Shown piece after piece: positions 58,139 to 64,000 of a stretch of DNA of 64,000 nt. The DNA comes from Cyanophora paradoxa CCMP329 (taxonomy: Eukaryota > Plantae > Glaucophyta). The DNA lies in assembly GCA_004431415.1 (NCBI GenBank), contig QPMI01000181.1, positions 1 to 64,000 of the forward strand. Direction: 5' to 3'. Made by a program: the position numbers and the translations under genes. The number at the start of each line of letters is the position of its first letter. The stretch's first letter is position 1. Below the pieces are notes generated by a model. That model ran no database searches, was not told where the DNA came from, and worked only from the letters and a program-made list of their open reading frames with translations.

Positions 58139-60437
58139 ATGTTTGCGCAGGCCTCCCGCGCGTCGACGGTGCTGGCGGCTGCCAGGAAAGAGGTGAGAGC
58201 GCGCAGGCGGCACCGCCCGGCCGGGGGCCTCGACAGGCGACGAAGCGACGAGCGCCGGGATGACCGAGCGCCGCGCAGGCGTCAGCGGTCGCGCGGCGGC
58301 TGCAGCCGTACCGCACGTACTCCGGCGGCTACGCAGCGGGCGGCCCCGCGGCCGCGCAGGCGGGCTGGTCGCCGCTCAGCAAACTCCTCGCGGGCGCGCT
58401 CCTCGTCGGGTCGGTGGCCGCTCCGACGTCCGCCTTCGCTTGGTTCGATCGGAAGAAGTCCACGTCTGCGTCCGCGGACTTCGGAGACCGCCTCGGTCCC
58501 GTCACATTCCAGGTCCGCGGCGCGGCACGCGCGCCGCCCCAGCCCGCCGGGGGCCGCGGAACAACGCGACCGGAGTCATTCGTGGCCGCTGGCGGACGCT
58601 CGCGCCCTCCTTGCGCTTAGCTACGGCCCGCGCCGCTTGCCCGAGGGCCGGCCGGCTCTCGACGCTTCGCTTCGCCGCGGACTGACGGCGCCTCTCCGCG
58701 GCAGGACGTCGAAGTCGTTCTCTACCAGTATGACTCCTGCCCTTACTGTGCGCGCGCGCGCCGCCTCCTCCGCCGCCGCCGCCTTCCCTCTTCCCCGCAC
58801 TCTCTGACCGCCGGTCCTCGCGCAGGCAACAAGGGTGGGCGCCGCGGCAGCGATACCCTTCCCTTCCCGTACCCCTTGCTTAGCCTCTCGCTTTCGCAGT
58901 CAAGGCGTACCTGGACTACCACAAGATCGTGCGTACCCCCCCTCGTCTCGGGCCGGTCGCCGTACCCCGCCGCGCCCCGCCGACGCGCCCCGCCCCGGCA
59001 GCCGTACAAGGTGGTGGAGGTGAACCCTATGTACAAGAGGGAGATCAAATGGTCCCTGAAGTACCAGAAGGTGCGAACGAAAAGAGGCCGGCTCCGGGCA
59101 TGCGCAGGGGGCGCTGACGTCCGCGGGGTACCGCAATTCCGAATGCGCAGGTCCCCATCCTGACGGTGAATGGAGAGGCGCTCATCGAATCCTCGCGCAT
59201 CATCGACGATCTCGACGAGATGATGCACGCAAAGGCCGCCAGGTCCGATTCGAACCGATCGGTTTCTACTGGCGCCTGCCAACGGAAGCGCCCGTGTACC
59301 CCCGCGCAGCCTCAAGATGAAGGCGCCCAAGATGACCGCCGATGAGGAGGAAGAGGAGCGCAAGTGGCGGCTCTGGGCCGACAGCCACTACGGTACCCCC
59401 CTCCCGCTTCTACACCTTTGTGTATTCCTGTGCCCCTTCCGAGCCCGCTCCTCGTACCCCAGTGCACAGCTTGAGCCCTAACATCTACCGGACGATGGAA
59501 GAGGCGTACCAGGTACCCCCCAACCCGGCTGCCTCTTCCTCCCCACCCCCCCCCACCCCCCCACCCCCCCGCCTAACGCGGAGTACAGGCCTTCGAGTAC
59601 ATTTCGAAGAACGGAAACTTCGGCTGGTGGGACCGCGAGACGGGTACGCGATCCTGACGGGGTCCCGGGGGGGGGGCGAAGGGGGGTACCCAATTTAAGT
59701 TCTTTGTCTCATTACCTCCCTTCCCCGCCCCCCCCTCTCCTTCCCACCCTCAGCCCGGTACTTCGGGATGGTTGCCATGTACATGGTGCGTCGCGTACCC
59801 CTCCTTTCCGGTACCCCCCTCCCCTGACGCCTTGTCTACCCCTCCAGATCGGCTGGAACATCGCGCGCAAGCACGGCTGGAGCGACGTCCGCTCCGTCCT
59901 TTACGAGGTGCCGTACCCCCTCTCCCAACACCGCGAGGGACCCGCGCTCTTCCTGCTTCCTGATCCCTGTACCCCCCTCCAGGCGACGGATCAGTTCATC
60001 GACGCGATCGGCCCGAACCGGCCCTTCCTGGGGGGTAACCGCCCCAACAAGGCCGACCTGGTACCCGCGCTGCTCTCCGCACACCGTACCCCCCCTTAAG
60101 TCCTCCGCAGGCGATGTTCGGAATGACGCGCGCGATCGAGGGCCTCGAGTGCGCCCATACTTCCCAGACTCTCCCCGTACCCGTGCTGACCTGCTCGCTC
60201 GAAAAGCACCTGGAAGGATTTGATGCAGAACACGAGGATGCAGGGCTGGTACGTGCGCATGCAGGACACGGTCGGGCCCTCCTCCCGCGTGCGCAATCCC
60301 GTACCCCCCTGAGCAACCTGTACCCCCCTCCCCCTGAGCTCTGGCCCCCGCAGGTCAAGGGGGAGCCGACGGTGGAGCCGGCGGCCTCGAAGGGACACTA
60401 CGTCGCGTCGATTCGGGACGCCTCGCGGCCCCAGTAG
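58139..60437 (+). CDS. PTGES2: Host multi-exon prostaglandin E synthase 2-like glutaredoxin/GST-fold protein
   Basis: Spliced [31 protein letters not shown]...KVPIL, ERKWRLWAD, LSPNIYRT and FLGGNRPNKADL. Confidence 0.88.
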
Positions 60438-61247
60438 CCCGGTCGGCGCCCGCCCGACCCGGCCCGCCGGGCCGGCCCGGCCCGGCCTGGCCCGCGGTCG
60501 CTGCAGCTATGAAATCGATGCACGGGGCCCCCAGTAGCGCGACCTGCGCGGCCTGCGTGCCCGCTGCGTACTAATCGGCCGCGGTATATTATTCTGAACC
60601 CTTCAAAAATTCGAATGGAGTCCTCTGCAGCGCCGTGACGTGCATGTGCATGCACATATGCGGCCGCGCGCGGGTCGACATTGGCACATGCGGCTGCTGC
60701 GGCCCGGCGCCGGCACCAAATTAAAGAATTCGAATTCGAACACATTGAACCAAGGCTCTGGGGGTACACTCACCTCCGACTTGGCGGCGAGGGCATGCGC
60801 CGCGGCGTGTCGCGGCGGCCTGGGGCCGCGTCGGACATCCTAGATAGTTACAGCGGCGTCCCCGATGACGAGGCCTCGCGCCATTCCTGGTCGCGCGGCT
60901 CGCGGCTCGCGCCGACGCCGGCGTCTGTCGAAGACGATCATGGCGGTGCGCGCGCGTGTTCTCCGAGTAGTCTTCTGCTGCAGCGCTGGCTCCCCATCCT
61001 GATGTGCGAGCACAGCCGCTGGCGGCGCCGGAAGGTCGTCTCGCTCGGGGACCGCCGCCATCACGTTCATGCCGCTCGCAACAGTGAATGGTGCTCCGGG
61101 TGAGTCTCCGGCTGCTCGTATACTCGGCGCGCCGCACCGCCCGGGTGGCCGTTTCGAATCCACGGCCGGCGCCGCGGCCGGCGCGGGCCGCGGCCCGCGC
61201 CGCCCCTGCGGCGGGCCGCGGTCACAGGCGCTTGCCTGCTCTCGCTG

Positions 61248-64000
61248 GTGTCTCATATCAACGGCGCAGGCGATCTTGATCTCGCAGGCGGCGATCGCTT
61301 GCCGCTCCTGCCGTCTGGCGGTCTCGGCAGCTCGGACCCCTTGCCCGCGGCAATTGCAAGCGCTGGCATCTCATCATCGGCTCCAGCCAAGAGCGGCAGC
61401 GGCGGCCCTGCAGCGGGGGCGGGATCCGAAGCAGGCCCAGGCGCATCCGCAGATGCCGCGGCCGCAGCTAAGAATCTTGTTGAAGCAGCGAAAGCGGGAG
61501 ACTTGGCCACAGTGCGGTGCGTCCACTTTAAGAACGCTCGCGTGATCATCAGATCTAGCTAGAAGATCCGCGACTCACATTTCTGCAGGAGGCTTCTGGA
61601 TCGCGGTGCTGCCGTGGATGCGCCGGCGGCAGCTAAACAGGAGAGCGGGTTCACCTGGACCGTTACGGCTCTGTGTGCCGCCTCCAGAGCCGGCCACGAG
61701 GACGTCGCCAGGCCAGCATCCTTCTAGCGCGCGGGTGGTTTCGTCGCTTCCTGATCGGTTCCGGGCCGGATGGCGCAGGCTGCTGCTTGATCGGGGCGCG
61801 GCAGTCGACGCTCGAGACTCGAACGGGCAGACCGCCCTGTACAACGCCGCTGAGAAGGGACACGAGGCGGTCGTCCGGCGCGCGAGTCCGGCTTCGAATT
61901 CGATTCGGGCCGCCCGCGCAGAGGGCTTACTCGAACCTCGCAGGTTGCTGCTGGAGCGTGGAGCGGCGGTGGATGCCCGGGCGGAGGGGATTCGGGACAC
62001 CGTGCTGCACCGGGCAGTCATGAATGATCAAGCGGGGGCAGCGAGGTTCGCGGGCCGGGGCCGGGGCTGCTCTGGGTGGCTACGAAGACCCGACCGGGCC
62101 CCGCCAGGCTGCTGCTGGAGCGCGGGGCGGAGTTGGACAGCCGCGCCGAGTACGACTCGACCCCGCTCCACTACGCAGCCGGTAACGGCAGTGAGAATTG
62201 TGCGAGGCGCGTCGCTTTGATTCGCGTCCATCACGGAGCGATCAATCGCTCACCGGGCGCGGGCGGGCGCGCAGGCTGCTGCTCGAGCGCGGGGCGCCGG
62301 TGGACGCGGCCGACGAGTTCGGGCGGCGCCCCCTCCACAGGGCCGCTGAGACTGGCCACTTGGGGATCGCCCGGTGCGCGGCCAAGCGGGCTCGATCGGA
62401 GGAGTGGGAGCCGCCCGCGACCGCGCCGGCTGCGGGAGGGGGGGGGGGGGGGGGGGGGTGGAAGGGTTGGGAGGGGAGGGGGGAGGGGGGGGGGGGGGGG
62501 GGTTGGGGGGGTGGGGGGGGGGGGGGGGGGGGGGCGGCCGCAGGGCGGACAGACGGACAGACGCCTTACCGGGCCGCGCAGGCTGCTGCTGGACCGCGGG
62601 GCGGCGGTGGACGCTCGGACCTCCGGCAAGTGGACGCCGCTGTTCGATGCTGTTTCCTGGGGGCACGAGGCCGTGTGCCGGTGCGCGCGCGACGGCGAAT
62701 GCGTGCCGAAATTGGAGCCGGTCTCCCATCCCAGAAATATTCCCCGTGCCAACCGAACCCGCGCAGGTTGCTGCTCGAGCGCGGAGCGGCGGTGGACTCT
62801 CGGGACGAGGATGCCTTGACCGCGTTGCACCTCGCTGCGAAGAAGGGGCGCCTGGAGATCGCCCGGTACGCCGCGGGGGCGGCCGTCGAGCTCGCTTGCT
62901 TAAGCTTGCTCGGGGCCGGCCGCGCGTGGGCTGACGCCCGACTCGGCTCGGCGCGTCCCGCCAGGCTGCTGCTGGAGCGCGGGGCGGAGGTGGACCCCCG
63001 CGAATCGAACGAAATGACGCCCCTCCACCACGCGGCCGCCGGGGGCCACGAGGCCATCGCGCGGTGCGCCGGCGCCCGCGCCCGCGCCCGGCGCCCCTGC
63101 GGCGTATCGAGCTCAACGGACCCGCTTCCGCAGTCTGCTGCTTGAGCAGGGGGCAGCGTTGGACTCGCGCGACCGCGAGGGGAGGACGCCCCTCCACGCC
63201 GCCATTCAGAAGGGCTACGAGGGCGTTGTGCGGTGCGCACTCCGAGCTTTCGTTTCGCTTGCTCTTCGTATGTTGCTGATTGTCCGATCGACTGCAGTTT
63301 GTTCCTCGAGTCGGGGCGCGCGGTGCCGTGGGCGGCCCGCGGCGCGGACGGCCTGTCGCCGGTCCAGATCGCGTTGGACGCGAAGAACACGCCGCTGGTC
63401 AAGGCGTTCTTCTTCGGGCCGAGCAGCGGGGGCCTGGGCCTCCAGTTCTCCAAGGAGGGCGCCCCCGAGCTCTGCCGCGGCCTCGTGGGCGTGATGGGCC
63501 TCGACCTGGACGTGCGGGCCGTCGTGGCGAAGTTCCCCGCCGGCAAGCTCAACGTCGTCCTGGCCGTCGCCAAGCTGTTCCAGGTGCCGCGCCGCCGTCG
63601 CGCGCCTCGGACGGGCCGAGCGTGTCGTGATCGCCCGCCGGCGCCGCGGACCGAACGTTAACGTGTCGCCCGCCGGCGCCGCGCAGGAAACCGCGAGCGA
63701 GGACGAGCAGGCGACGCTCGGCGACCGCCTGAAGGAGCTGGAGGGGATGGCCGTCGAGCTGCTCGACAGGATGGAGGCCGCCTTCTCCGAGCGGCTGCAG
63801 CGCCGCCGCTACGAGAGATCCGAAACCGGTGAGATTGTGGCTCGATCTCTGCGACATGTACATTGGATGCGGGGCGGATGACCTTTTCTCGGCAGGACCC
63901 TGGTTCACGGCCGTCAAACGCGCTTTCAACAAGATCGAGTCAGCGTCCGACCGGGGCGAAGGGCTCGACGCGGAGATCGAGGCGTGCCTGGCGCAGACGC
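61248..64000 (+). CDS. Host ankyrin-repeat protein (about nine repeats, one per exon); start approximate, runs off window
   Basis: Repeated exons RLLLERGAxVDxRD...TPLHxAAxxGHxxxA. Confidence 0.85.

Noticed and set aside
36000-64000. Many long overlapping Arg/Gly/Pro-rich ORFs in the six-frame track
   Set aside because: Expected from stop-codon scarcity at very high GC; the real genes are spliced from short exons.

Overview
Eukaryotic genomic window with two sharply different halves. Positions 1-35011 are an AT-rich island made of two related, nested endogenous Maverick/Polinton-like viruses. Element A (<1-19332) carries a fibre gene and patatin gene, two divergent minor capsid genes, a major capsid gene, an A32 packaging ATPase, an AEP primase-SF3 helicase, a GIY-YIG nuclease, a pPolB-type polymerase and an rve integrase. 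It is inserted into the polB gene of element B. The visible part of element B (19333-35011) has the polB 3' part, an integrase, a patatin-discoidin gene, a giant fibre gene of about 2,570 codons, small ORFs and an S-adenosylmethionine decarboxylase. Both elements end in a perfect 28-bp terminal hairpin finishing ...TGTGT. Each carries its own iteron-like inverted repeats. Element A has lost almost all CpGs except in TCG/CGA context, while B has not. Positions ~36000-64000 are very GC-rich, intron-dense host DNA from an unidentified protist or alga. They encode a DEAH-box helicase, a Pro-rich protein, a beta-helix protein, NSUN6, PTGES2 and an ankyrin-repeat protein. Host introns often use GC donors and carry a strand-polarised GTACCCC motif. 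Family assignments come from motif recognition by eye; no searches were run.
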